64,000 bases of DNA from assembly GCA_028023455.1 (NCBI GenBank), contig JAQFVV010000009.1, positions 11,098,001 to 11,162,000 on the forward strand, in the 5' to 3' direction. The DNA comes from Epiperipatus broadwayi (Eukaryota > Animalia > Onychophora). Shown here piece after piece: positions 51,693-64,000 of the stretch; positions within the stretch are counted from its first letter, which is position 1, and every line of letters begins with the position of its first letter. The notes under the pieces are model-generated. The model saw only the letters and a list, made by a program, of their open reading frames with translations, was not told the origin of the DNA and ran no database searches. A program made the translations under genes and the position numbers.

Positions 51693-52143
51693 CCTCATAA
51701 TATTTAATAATACTAAGCTTGCATTTTATGCACAATTAATGAAGCTATACATAACAAACGTGTGAACTAAGGCCGAAGGCAGCTCAATATTTGTAGAGCA
51801 TGAAAGAGTCACTGGCCACACCTTCCAACTGGCTTCAGTGGAGATAATGTGCACAGAGCATAATGACACAAAATGCAAAGTGAAAGAGACTTGTTTTATT
51901 GCAGATGATCCTAAAGCAATCAACTGAAGAGATGCTTGCTTTACTATCTCTAAAAAATGGGATGTTTAAATATTTATCAAATAAATTCGCATACATTACT
52001 GTGGCATTCACTAACCATTAGTGAAAAGAGCTATGAATATGGGAACATAGAATTCCTGATATCGCTTAGCTTATCAATTGTTATGTATAGCTTCATTAAT
52101 TGTGTATAAAATGCAAGATTAGTATTATGAAATATTAATGAAG
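51693..52143 (+). mobile_element. Penelope-like element remnant: GIY-YIG C-terminus flanked by an inverted repeat
   Basis: The open frame 51766-51924 (TKAEGSSIFVEHERVTGHTFQLASVEIMCTEHNDTKCKVKETCFIADDPKAIN) matches the Penelope pattern S.I.EH...TGH.F....V.I...E.....K.KE...I......N. 51693-51757 is a near reverse complement of 52078-52143. Confidence 0.65.
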
Positions 52144-54649
52144 TTAATTGTTTAGTTATTATAATATTTAATGAATTTTTCAAAATGGCAACTAAGTTAA
52201 CTTTTAATGGTTGCGATTGCAATTATAACACAGTCATAGTGTTACATTATTGTGCTCATAGATTATGCTATTCCCTATTAAAAATAAGTGTCTTTATCAA
52301 CAATACATTTCAATTATTTTTGTTCTTCAAATTATCAAGAAATCAAATGGAGATATTTATGGCTAGTTTTTATTTTACAAATAACACAATATATAATTAT
52401 TTTTTGTTTATATCTGGATTTTTGAAGGAGATTGTTGAACATTTAAAAGATGGAATTAATTAGTAGAATTTGAAATTATGGTAGATGGGTATAGAGGGAG
52501 TTTGATGTGCTAAAAATACAAAAATCATATTTATTAATTTTGTAAATCAATATTTTATTAAATAATCATTCCCTAACCATAACCAAACTTCATTAAGATA
52601 ATGTATTTTATCATAATGAAAAGTTGAATTGATGAAGATAATAACTATGTCACTAAAATATAATGAATTAAAGCTAATGGTTGTATTGCTTCATACATTG
52701 GTGAAGAATTTGAGAACATTGAATGGAACATTTGATGAATTATGATTGCTTTTTGATAAGGATACTTCTAACTGAAAATACATTGTATTTTTGTTTGGTG
52801 TTTTCAGTACTTTTTCCATATAGGAGGTTAAATTAGTAAGTTAATTAAATATATATATATTATTTTAAACAAATTTATATTATTTGAACAAAATTTATAT
52901 GATTTGTTTTTTTGCATTTTAAATTGATTTTTTTAAAAAATTCTATTGGTCAGTAATTTACATATGTAAGTTTAAAATACTGTTTTGTATGTATGATTAT
53001 AAATAAGTGTCAATTGTATAAATAAAAAAACATGATAGTTAAAGTTCTCTAAAATTTTAAACCAATTATTTGCTTATAAAATTTTTGAATTATACCTGCC
53101 CATATACTAAATCAGCAGCAGAAAATGTACCTTTCAGGTCTCTCTGGGGGCCTCTATAGAATATTTATTGGCATCTTGTATGTTGGTTTGGTAAAGCAAT
53201 ATTTTGACTAACATATTTAGCAGTATTTTTCTCTTTCTCTGTTACCCATGCTGCAACCATATTTTTTATTGATTTTTTTATATAATTATTTTCTTGCAAT
53301 TGATTAATCTTATTTGAGATTATATTAATGCTAAAACTGTAGTATTTAATAATGGTGGTAGGCTAGGTCTACATAAATATAGCATCCAACCCCATTTTCT
53401 AATTATTTCATTTAAAGATTCAAACTTATCATCATAGTCTCATTTAATTAATACTTTCATAGTAAAATAATATGCACTAGACCATTCTGCTATTTTATTT
53501 GCAAAAAATGGACATTGCTGTTTTTCCCATGATTCTTATAGAATCATTTATTTTATGATGCTTTTGGTAAAGCAATATTTTAAAGAGATTTAGTAACTTT
53601 TCCCCTCTTTTTTTGCTTTTTATGCCTTTCCTATATATACTAAATTATCTTTGTGCAATTTATCATTCCTAGTTTCTTCAAGTCTTTATTCTAATATTAG
53701 GATGACATTTAACACTGGTGTTTTTGAAATGGAAAAAGTTTGATAATTTTTATACTATTTTCCTGCTGCCTAGAATTTTATCTATTATATTATTTTTGCA
53801 ACAACAGTCTTTTGATATTAAGTTTGTTTTGGATATGGATATGAATTTATTTTTTACAATTAATTGAAACTAGTTAACATCCTATTTAAACAATAGCAAT
53901 TTCTATTATAAATACCATTGCAATATTCAATTTGATATTAAAGCTTGAGTATTATATTTTAATGTTATTTTAATTAAAGCTACCTCTGTATTAGTTTAAT
54001 GCAGAGCTTTTAATTAAACTCATTAGTGTAGTGTTTTAAGTATATATGTGAAATAGATTAAGGTGTGAGTATTCAATAAGCAATGCTTGAATAAAAGCAT
54101 CTTCTGCTGTCTTGCAAAGTAAAATGTTTATCAAATGCTATTTCTTATAAAAATTGACTTTTTCATTTCATTCCTTTCTTTGCTGTCTTCATCATTTAAA
54201 TTGGGGTACATTCCAGTTGTTATGAGCCTCACATATCATTAGCCATTTTTTTACACTGACAGTTATATACACAGCAATTCAAGCACTTTAAGCACTAAGA
54301 AAACAATGAGGGAACAGATTTAATAGATTTTTACATCTTTAGTCATGATTTATTGTAGTGCAATCAATAATAAAGCATGTTGGAATGGGATTTGGGACAA
54401 AAATTTCAGCCTGACAAAGATTTATGTTTATGCAGCTTTGTTTAGGATTCATCTGCCTGTCACAGAAGTAAAAAAGCTTAGAAAAGTCAATCTAAAATGG
54501 CCTGCTTAACACAGTGTAATTTTGATGTCATCCTAGCAGATCAATTATTAAAGCAAAAGATGTAATTGTAAAATCAGTATTTAATGGAGAGAAAGCAGGA
54601 AGAAATAATAAAAATTAAGTATTTTAAATACAATTATTAAAACATTAAA

Positions 54650-57140
54650 TATATGGAATCTTTAAGCTAACTTGATATAAATTCTTCAATATTAGTTCAG
54701 AGGATATCCATGTAGATAAGATGTGAATCAAGATTTATTTTTTAATTGAAACTCACGTTTAAGAAGGAGAAAAAATAAGCAGCAGATGTTTGCAAATTTT
54801 TTTGGATGGATAGTTTTAGGATTTACAGAAGATTTAATTTAATATTTTATAGTCTTGGAACTCCTAGATGTATCAACTTCTGATAATGTTATTAATTCTT
54901 ATGCTTTAATATCAGAAAGTTCAGGAAAAAAAAAGCTTTTACTTTTTGCCGGATTGCATTATTACATCACTACAGCCAAAAAAAATATTTTTTTTAGAGA
55001 ACAATATATATTTTGACTAGAAGTTGTTAGAAATAATGGTATTAGTGTTGTAAATTCAAATGATTTTCTGTTTAGAACAGAAAGTTTCTGTAAAGAACTT
55101 TGGATGCATCCATGTTCAAAACAATGGGTAGCTAATAGATTATATTATATTTAAATGTTAAAATATTTAAAAATTCATATTTCATGAGATTTTAGAACTA
55201 CAGATTTTTAATAGATCATATACAATTATGCTCCAAATTTAAAATAATAGTTGCATTAAAAAATAGATATTCCAATCATATTCATAACAAATTTGATATT
55301 CATTTGGTAAAAGTATCTACTATTTATGTTAGGTTTTGACCATTATTAAACATTAAAATTATTAATTTGGATTTTTAGGATTGTCTTGCAATTGTGATAT
55401 GTAATTTTTTTAAGACAAATGTGTTACATAAAAAAAATCTAATCTTGGATTTATATAAAAAAAAAAAGACACATGTTATCTGATACTGATTCTATTAACA
55501 GAGACTTGATTAAAAAAAAATATGTTTACTGTTTGGCAGAATAGTATATTGAATATAGAACTATATAACAAATATAAAGACTTGAAGTTAGAAAGTTATT
55601 AACTATTATAAGATTTTCAGTCAATTAAAATTGCAAAGGGGATGTAGACATTAATTGATTAGGTCACTTCATATCTTTTTTAGATATAGTGAAAGCAACA
55701 TTCATACTTTAAAAAATGATGCATAATGTTACTAAATGCATTGATAGTATTTTCTTATATAATGACATTAATATACAAGAATTGAGTTGATGACTTTTAA
55801 CAATATATTCATTCTATCTACTCATTTAGACTTTAACAAAAGCTAAAACAGCTCTTAAACAGAAAAGGCTTCAGATTCTTATGAGATACTTGAAATTTTT
55901 TTTAATTATGTTGGTGATATATTAAGTTTAAAAATATTGATTTTTTTTTTAGAAATGTAAGAACTTATGAAGTTGTCTTATTTGATTTTAAAATGCTTCT
56001 ATTGTTCAATTTTTAGAAGCGAGGAGAATAGATAAGATTGCAGTAATTATTATGGAACATTAATGTTATTCATTACAGCAGATATACCCATCAAAACTTT
56101 TATTAACCACCTATAAATGAATAGTCTCAATAACTAAATGTTATTTTAGATAATAAAGAAACACTATAGAGATGATTTTTATTGTCAGCCAAATGTAAGA
56201 GAATTGTATGGAATGAGGGAGCAATTTATATATTGTTTTTATTGATTTGGTCAAAACATTTGACTTTATTAATCACACAGATTTTTGACATATTAGAATG
56301 AGAAATATTATTAGTACAAGTGAAAAATCTGAGATTTTGAAATGAAAAACTATGATTTCAATTTTTATGGCAATAATTTTTAGAACTATCTATAGACAAC
56401 TTCATGTATCAGGCATCAAGATGGTATAGTGAATTGATGTCTTCCTATTTACAGATTGCTGATAATTGAACTATCCTTGCAAATTCAAAAAATAATCTAT
56501 TTAATGTGCTTCATGTTTGAATATAATATGTAAAATTTTGGTTTGGTAATTGATATTGAAAATAAACTTGGACTCTTTTATTTATCCATGATTAAAAAAA
56601 ATATTTGGCTACTTGTAACTTGGATGGTAATGAATTTTAGAGTGTGAGATAATCTAAATCATCTTCGTAGGTTTTTAAAAAGAAAGATAGATGGATTTGG
56701 ATAGTGAGATACAATCTCCATGTTGTTATATAGAAGTAAGACTTAGAGCCCTGTACTCATATGGTATAAAGAATCTAAGAAAAATTTTGTTAAGGATACT
56801 TCATAAAATTCTAAAAATATAATAATGGCAAGATTTTAAGATGCTTCAGTACAATTGTAAATTCACAGCTTTTATGATTCAACAGTGAAACAAATGAACA
56901 ATAACATGCTTTTTGAAATATTATTTTATAGTAAACTTGGAGCATTGATTTCATTGAAGAGACAGATCCCATTTATATTGTAAAAATTATCTCAAAGATA
57001 CTCTTTTTATTGCTTTCATTGCAAGATATAATTGTGGAGAGAATTTAATGGAGAGGTGTAATTATTCTATGTGTTGAAGTCTTTCAGAAAGAAAAATTTA
57101 ATGCAAAAGACATTAAAAAACACCATTGCAATATATTTAA
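54650..57140 (+). mobile_element. Degraded RTE (BovB-like) LINE, endonuclease plus RT
   Basis: Broken frames give WMHPCSKQW..IDYI near 55.1 kb and DMIFIVSQM.ENC....NLYIVFIDLVKTFD near 56.2 kb. It is the same type as 27700-29250. Confidence 0.7.
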
Positions 57141-57269
57141 TAAACAGAAATATGGATCAGCATATTCTATGTGAATGAAATTGTTTTTCACAGATGATTT
57201 GTATAGTCATCAAAAAATTTATAGCCATTTATTATACATTTTCAAATATTATTTTGGCAATTTAAAATT

Positions 57270-57730
57270 AACACCAACAGTTTTTATTCAATCAAAAGCC
57301 AACTCCTCCAAGCTACCAGAGTAAAGAGTTCAATAGGATTCTTGTAAATTGGAGACTCTCTGTAAATATGTCCCATAGTTTGTGGTTTTCCACACTCAGT
57401 TTGTGATGAGTCTATAAACCCCATTTTATGCAATATATAATGAGATCTACCCTGACATGTTCTGATTCTGTTAATCTTTGACCAGAATTTTCTTGAAAGA
57501 GAGAAACCAGCCACTTGGAAAGCAGAGTCAGTTATTAGATTATGATTATTTATATTGAAAGTATTGCAATCATGTGTCTAAAATTCTGTTGATATCCAAT
57601 GTGTGTGGCTTCTGAGAATTCCAAAGAAAAAGCCATATAGCTTTATTGTTCAGGGATATTGATCAATAACATGGTATAATCCACTGACATCCAAGGTCCA
57701 GAAATTGTTTTGTCAATCTATCTTTTTCGT
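57270..57730 (-). mobile_element. 3' fragment of an I-superfamily (Ingi/Vingi/Nimb-like) LINE
   Basis: ORF 57284-57514 gives GFSLSRKFWSKINRIRTCQGR..Y.LHKMG..DS...CG.PQTMGHI....P, the typical C-terminal zinc-knuckle region of this group. Confidence 0.72.
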
Positions 57731-58789
57731 TCTTCTAACTATATTATTTCTATAAGCATTCAAATTTTAAAAGAGACTTTATTGATATCATAAGAAATAT
57801 GATTGCATTATGATCAGTTAGTTGGTGACATAATTAAATAAATGAAATATTGATATTTGTTGCATTCTTGTGAAATACAATCATTATTACAAAATAATTA
57901 TGTGTATAATAAAAAAAGAAAAAATAATACAAAATTAAATATATATATATTGGTTGTATTTTCAATTTTTTTCTTTTTATCAGTATATCTCTTATTTCTA
58001 CCATGTTGCAAACATTCGCCTATGCAGAAATTCAGAACATTCTCTTTATTCATTTTTAGAAAAATAGTTACATTTATGTAAAAAAAAAAAAAAAAACGCT
58101 TCTAACAACAAAACAATTTTTCACAATCACAAGACAAGTCTCATAATTATAGCCATGCAGATAATGAGATTTGACTCCAAGTGACTGAGTTTATGGCCAG
58201 CAGCACTAAAGCCTGATCTCTAATTTTTGTATTATTACATTTATCTAAAAACAATGATTGAAGTTTCTGAGGGTTTGGATTGAAAGCAATATAACTTCTC
58301 AAAAAACACTAGGGATGAGATTTGCGAGTGAGTTATGGAAAATATTAGATTAAAATGTGTTTGTAAAGAAGGATACATGTAAATAAATTTCTTTATAGTC
58401 TTTTCCACAAAAAGACAGATAGCATCAATGTTTGACCAATTTTTTTTACTGAAGAAGTCATTAGTAAGCAAAGCTCTTAAACCAATGTTTGAATTTTTTT
58501 ATAATACAATGGCAAATTAAAGTTAGGACGAATTCATCTATATTATTAGACTTAGACGTTTTATTCAATTCATATGCCTCCCAATATCTGTTTTTTTTTT
58601 TTTTTTTTAGAAAGCAGTGATAAAACAAAAGATGCATTCTTGGAGACAAAACTTAAATAAGTATTTTATGACTTAATGGAATGTCAGTAGTTATTACAGA
58701 AATGAAGGTTTGCACTTTATGGATGTAATCATTTTCCTCCATTATTGATCCATTACAGAATAAAAGTCTGATCAAATTTAATCCAGTTT

Positions 58790-59260
58790 TTCTGATCTAT
58801 AACATTTCTTCTCCACATCACACCAATAAACTTTCTTATTTTATTCATCTATCTCATATACGATCTCTTTCTAGATCTTTTACAATTTTTTGGAATTCAG
58901 TTTAAGATTCCACCTGTTTACCTAGTATCATTATTTATTCTAGCAATGCCCATTTTAGTTTTTTAATTCTTTCAATGATATCAAAATACCTGTTTGTTGT
59001 TCTTTTGCTTAAGTATTTTGCTATTGATCCTTTCTTGATACTCTCAACATGCATCTTTCCATACTTTATTGAATATTCTGAAGTCTCCTTGTATTGCTCA
59101 TCAAGTGCTTACATCATAGATTCACAATTAAAAAAGTATAAAACTTATCTATTAAAAATCATTCTTTTCAAACATATAAGCATAGTTTCTTTTACTAGTA
59201 AGTTATTTCTATCAAAAGTATTTCATAAAGATTAATTCTGTAATTAATTTTATCTGTTAT
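58790..59260 (-). mobile_element. RTE LINE 3' fragment, same family as 15852-16945
   Basis: Aligns by eye with 15940-16360 (CTTCTCCACATCAC, CAGTTTAAGATT, ATGCATCT.TCCATACTT, CTGAAGTCTC, AAGTTATTTCTA.CAAAAG). Confidence 0.75.
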
Positions 59261-59639
59261 GTTTTCTTCTGAGATGGAAGACCTTAATTCTGGAAATTTC
59301 ATTGATTGTTCTTTGTGAGCAAAAGATTGAGATGCAATGCAATGAGAGAATGTTATCCTTAGAATGTTTTTGCATTTTTCTTAAGTTGGTAATGTTAGGT
59401 ACATGATAGTGATTTTAAGAAATATCAGAATGTAGACTTTTGAAGAGGAGTTTATATTAAGGGTAAAAATCTGTTTTGAATCTATAATCTCAATGTATTA
59501 TATAAAAGATAAAATAGATAAGCCCCAAAACTTGTAGGAAAAAGAATTGTAAGCATAGATATTGATTTTCATTAAAGATGAATTAGATAAATTAATTTTA
59601 TTAAATGTGGAATAAAGGTGGAATAATTTTCCATAAGAA

Positions 59640-60060
59640 AGTAAGATCAGATGTTTTCTGGAAGAAAAAAAGTGTACTCAATTCATCCCAATAAGTTTAA
59701 TAGACTTGTTTATAAATGTTATGTATACGCCATGTAATTTGTTTTATTGCAAGACATTCACAGTTTTTCCCTCCTTCCAAAGAAATCATGTACTTTTTAT
59801 AAAAAATCGCTTGGTTAGTATAGGCGTAGAAGCTATAATCTGCTTATCATCTGTGAACTTTATTTTCTTAACCTTTTTACTCGTATATATATATATATTT
59901 CGTTTTGTTTCATTTATTGCAGAGATCTTATATTTTAACATTTAGTTTACATTTTGAACATTTCAACTCATATTATTCTGTCTATCGTTCATCAAAGCTT
60001 AGTATTATAAATATGTGCTTAACATCCATATTGACACCTTCTATAAATGTTATAAATAAA
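59640..60060 (-). mobile_element. Decayed RTE-type RT fragment (tentative)
   Basis: Minus-strand islands resemble the GV.ING...N...ADD and GLKIN..KTK regions, but are strongly mutated. Confidence 0.3.
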
Positions 60061-61954
60061 TATATCTTTTTTTTAGTATTAGTAATTACAGAAACATTAT
60101 ATCACAATTTAAAACGCTTATAATCTTAAAAAATTCGAAACTTATTTTCATTTTTTATAAAATAAACATTCAAGTTTTTTTTTTAAAAAAAAAGATAATA
60201 TAATAAAACTAGTATCTGATTATTACTATTCAATTAAAATTCTACAACTTTATTTAATTACTATTTTTATGAACGTTTAAAATATAATCAATATTCACAA
60301 AATTCAAATGTGCCTTTTAACTTATACATAAAAGTGATAGAATTATATTCTATTATTTAACATGAATTAGTACATTTTTTCATTTATATGAAGTACTGTA
60401 TTATAAAGCAAAATTTATTTATAAAGTCTCGGCTAGCAAATCACTTATGCAAACAAAACACGCGTGCGCGCACACACATATTTATTAATTAATACACTTG
60501 AAACTAAAACAAAATAGCATGACTTTCTGTTTTTCGTGATGAGTTATTTAGGATACTTATTATTTTCATTTTGTTTATTTTAAAAATTTATTTAGAAATA
60601 TTTCTATATTACTGATATTTTCTAGTACAATTCTGTAATTCTTGGCTTCATCATGCATTTAAAAATTTTAATATTTGTGATGTGGCTTGTCTCTATTTTA
60701 GAACTTTTTTTTTTTAAAATCAAATACCTAATCTGCCTGACTTTAAGCAATTATTGCTAAGTTTACACTGCTTTCTTTCCTGTATTTCACTTCTGCATAG
60801 CATTTTTTCTATAATGTTTTGATTATTTCTTTTTATGTACAGTCTGTTCTTAAAAAAATTAGTCTGTTCTTGACTAAATCAATAATAAAAAAGTTACTGT
60901 TAAGAATAAACATTAAACACAAGCTTTGTATACTTCAGTAATATCAAATGCTTTAATTATCATGTATTCATTTGTATACTATATTGCAATCATTAGTAGT
61001 TACTCATAATAAATATAGCCATTCTAACTCCTGACGGAAAATAAAAAATAAAAATTCAGATGAATTTTGTGATAACTAGACATACTAATACTTGAACTAC
61101 AATTACATTCAACCATATTACATGATATCCCTTTGGTCTTTTTATTTAACATCTTATGATACTGGATTTTAATTATTGCTATTAAACTTTACTTTTTGAA
61201 TGATTTAAATAGTTTATCTAATTATAGATTTCTATTGTGTTATGCTCTCAGTCAATGAAGTTAATTAATATTGTTCTTCTTTAGAGTGACAATTTTTATA
61301 AAGTAAATGGTGTTTGCTTTTCCCACAATAATCATACTCAAGTTATACATAAATTATTTTTGTGAAGTCCATTATTATTCATTCACTTCATTTGCAAATC
61401 AATGATAATATATTTTTATATAAGTATATTCAATAATATCATATCTTTCAAGCTGTACTGATGGTCTTGCCATTATATTTTTAAGACCTTATGTGGCATG
61501 CTTAGATGAAGTTTTACTATTGTCTTGCTCTAAAAATCTCTTTTTATCAAGGCAATTGATTTTCCTATTTTAAATGACAATTAAAATAATATTAAAAAAC
61601 AAATAAATATGACTTGAAACTATGTCAGTTGTTAAATATATAATGTTTTAAAATTGATTAGACTGCACTTCATGGAATTAATAAAAATCACTATATAATT
61701 CATAAAACAAAAACAACTTATAATTATTTTCAATACATTTGTATTGGCTATAACATTACAAATAAAAGCACCATGGCTAGTAAAAACATGAAATATTACT
61801 ATTTTTCATCAAACTTTTACTTTGTTTACTTTTTACTTAAAAAAAATTGTTGATATAAAAAATTAACCAATTATATTTTTGGAATATTGTTTTTAAAAAT
61901 AAAAATGTTTTTAAAAAATAATTATGTTATACATAATATATTTTGTTATTATTT

Positions 61955-62027
61955 TACTTGTCGTATACCAGTAACTTGATGTTCGCATACCTTTACCAGT
62001 ATACATACCAAGAGTTAGGAACCGCTG
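61955..62027 (-). mobile_element. Solo hAT (Charlie/Buster-like) terminus
   Basis: The minus strand begins CAGCGGTTCCTAACTCTTGGTATGTATAC..GGTATGCG. The adjacent 8-mer TTCTAGTC has the central TA typical of Buster/Charlie targets. No partner TIR was found. Confidence 0.45.
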
Positions 62028-62588
62028 GACTAGAACATTACTGATTATATTGTTGTAGTTCATTATAATGTTTTTAATAGGTAGAAAATTTGTATACATT
62101 AAAGATTATCAAACAGATAAAATACCATTAATTTGAAATTGTTGGTTCAAAAGTTTGTTTAGATTCGTGAATATTTTTTTGGATTTCGATATTAGACTTT
62201 TTATTCCCTCATTAGGTATTTATGTTCAAACTTGTAACTCATGTTTGTGACAGCAGAATGCTGTACCTTTTTCCAGTGGGGTAAGGGGTGGTCATTTGTG
62301 ATGACAGAATACCAAACCCTGGCCCTCAGTAGAGAAGGATATGGTGTTCTGCTGTTACAATTACAATCAGCAGATCTAATACATAAGTACCGTATAAATT
62401 CAAACTATTAAGATTGGGGGGGGGGCAGTTGGTTTCTTGTAATTGTGTTTATTATATTAGCTTACATATTGCTATTTTAATAATATAAATTTTTTATTTC
62501 ATCACTTCTATAGCACTTACTGTAAGATTTAATAAGTTGTAGATACCAGATAATAATGCTTAATAAATCGATATCTTGTAACTGTCTT

Positions 62589-62649
62589 ATCTAATATCCC
62601 CAGACTAGTTTTCAGCTTATGTCTTTTTCATCAGTGAGGAGCTTTAGAT
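62589..62649 (-). ncRNA. Type I hammerhead ribozyme motif, family A, divergent partner
   Basis: AUCUAA[AGC]UCCUCA CUGAUGA AAAAGACAUAAGCU GAAA(A) CUAG UC UGGGGA[UA]UUAGAU. There is one extra A in the core and a damaged stem II. Confidence 0.68.
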
Positions 62650-62656
62650 TTTGAAA

Positions 62657-62708
62657 CAGTACTCTTCACTGATGAAGCCATAAGTTTGAAACTAGTCTGG
62701 GGATATTG
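62657..62708 (+). ncRNA. Type I hammerhead ribozyme motif, family A, sense to Cav1
   Basis: CAGUA[C]UCUUCA CUGAUGA(62669-62675) AGC CAUAA GUU U GAAA(62688-62691) CUAG UC(cleavage after 62697) UGGGGA UAUUG. Stem I has 6+5 bp, and A-CUAG-U is self-complementary. Confidence 0.78.
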
Positions 62709-64000
62709 GATAGAACAACGTGGATAGAGATTTATTAATTACTATCATCTGATATCTTTTACTTATGAAAGCTTAGAGAAGTGGCATAGAGTTGGTAAAA
62801 GAAAAATTAAAAATTATAAGTAAATACTATTTTTTTTCCTTTGTAAATATATGTATAAGTTAAGTTGTATGTTACAAAAGATTAAAGGAAATTTTGTTTA
62901 AAGACTAAAAATGATCTTCTATCTATATGCAAACAAACAGATATCTAAAAATATTAAATACAACTAATATCATTCATTCTCTGTTAAAAAAAATTTTTTT
63001 TTGATTCTCTTTGAGTGAAAATTATTTTTTAAAAAAAAAAATTGTTTATATTATCGTATAGCAACATTTTAATATTTTTTTTTAAATAAAAAAACTAAAA
63101 CAGTAGAAACAATGATTAATAATTGGTAAATAATATTTTTCAATGGTTTTGTAATTACTAAAAAAAGGAATATTTAAAAATAAAACAAATTATCAGAATG
63201 TAGGAAAATGATCTACATATTTTTTTAAATTGTTTTTAATTGTCAATAATTGTTTGTAATTTTCAAAATGTAGTTCATAAACACTATGTATAATTAGTAT
63301 TTATATATTTTTTGCATCTTTAATATAAATGCAAGTATCTTTAATAACAATTAGCGTTATATGTGTGTATATATATAAAAACATATACATAAATATGAAC
63401 AAGATAGTTTATAGGTGTATATATTTTTATTAAGGGATCTAGACTATATTATCCAAATAAATGGATATTATATTTAAGAGATAATAATTTATCAATATCG
63501 TGCTAATTTTTTATTGTTTGATAAAATAACTTGAGATATAAACATTGTTTTTATGTTGTTGTTTTTTTCTATTTATGATTTTTGATTGTACATAGCTGAA
63601 AAGTTTTTCTGCAGTAATCTATTTAAATGTAAAATTAACCTTTTAGTTGCCATTAAACTATTGATTTTTGGATTACTGTAGGTTTTTTTTTTAATTTCCA
63701 ACCCTACGCTGATTCATTTTTTGTTTCCATGGTATATTGTTGTTGTGTTTTTTTTTTAGTTGTTATAATTTGTTACTCTGATTAAAAAGCCACAACTTAT
63801 AGTTTATTAATTTGACATATTTTATTTATAGGAATATATGTAAAATGAATAAGATAATTTATTTTACCTTTATATTCAAACTATATCCTATTCTATAATA
63901 ATGAATTCTAGTGCTTAAACTACTATTTATATATATGTCCTAATTGTCAAACAACTGATACTCATATAATGTATACATATATCTGTTACAACATGAATAT

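Noticed and set aside
1-64000. Prokaryotic-type systems (CRISPR arrays, operons, defence islands)
   Set aside because: There are no regularly spaced repeat-spacer arrays or gene-dense regions. The window is spliceosomal-intron-rich animal DNA.

Overview
This is very AT-rich animal (invertebrate-like) genomic DNA. Almost all of it is intron of one plus-strand gene, an L-type voltage-gated calcium channel alpha-1 subunit (Cav1, Ca-alpha1D type). Four coding exons (26131-26221, 39250-39410, 48335-48560, 51262-51472) join with consistent splice phases. They encode the distal I-II linker and domain II S1 to the start of the P-loop. The flanking exons were not found in the window. The introns carry decayed non-LTR retrotransposons (several RTE copies, Tx1/L1-like and Ingi/Nimb-like 3' ends), two pogo/Tigger-type non-autonomous elements in opposite orientation, a retroposed tRNA-Gly with target-site duplication, hairpin elements and microsatellite-linked duplications. 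The main hidden signal is a set of minimal type I hammerhead ribozyme motifs from two sequence families. They recur as divergent inverted pairs: a perfect 355-bp palindrome at 29926-30280, a diverged pair at about 62.5-62.8 kb, and an older cluster at 43.4-44.9 kb. A Penelope-like GIY-YIG C-terminal remnant with an inverted terminal repeat lies at 51.7-52.1 kb. This points to Penelope-like or retrozyme-type elements inside the channel's introns. All calls were made by eye. Exon, hairpin and ribozyme coordinates were hand-counted, transposon boundaries are approximate, and the host species cannot be named from the sequence.
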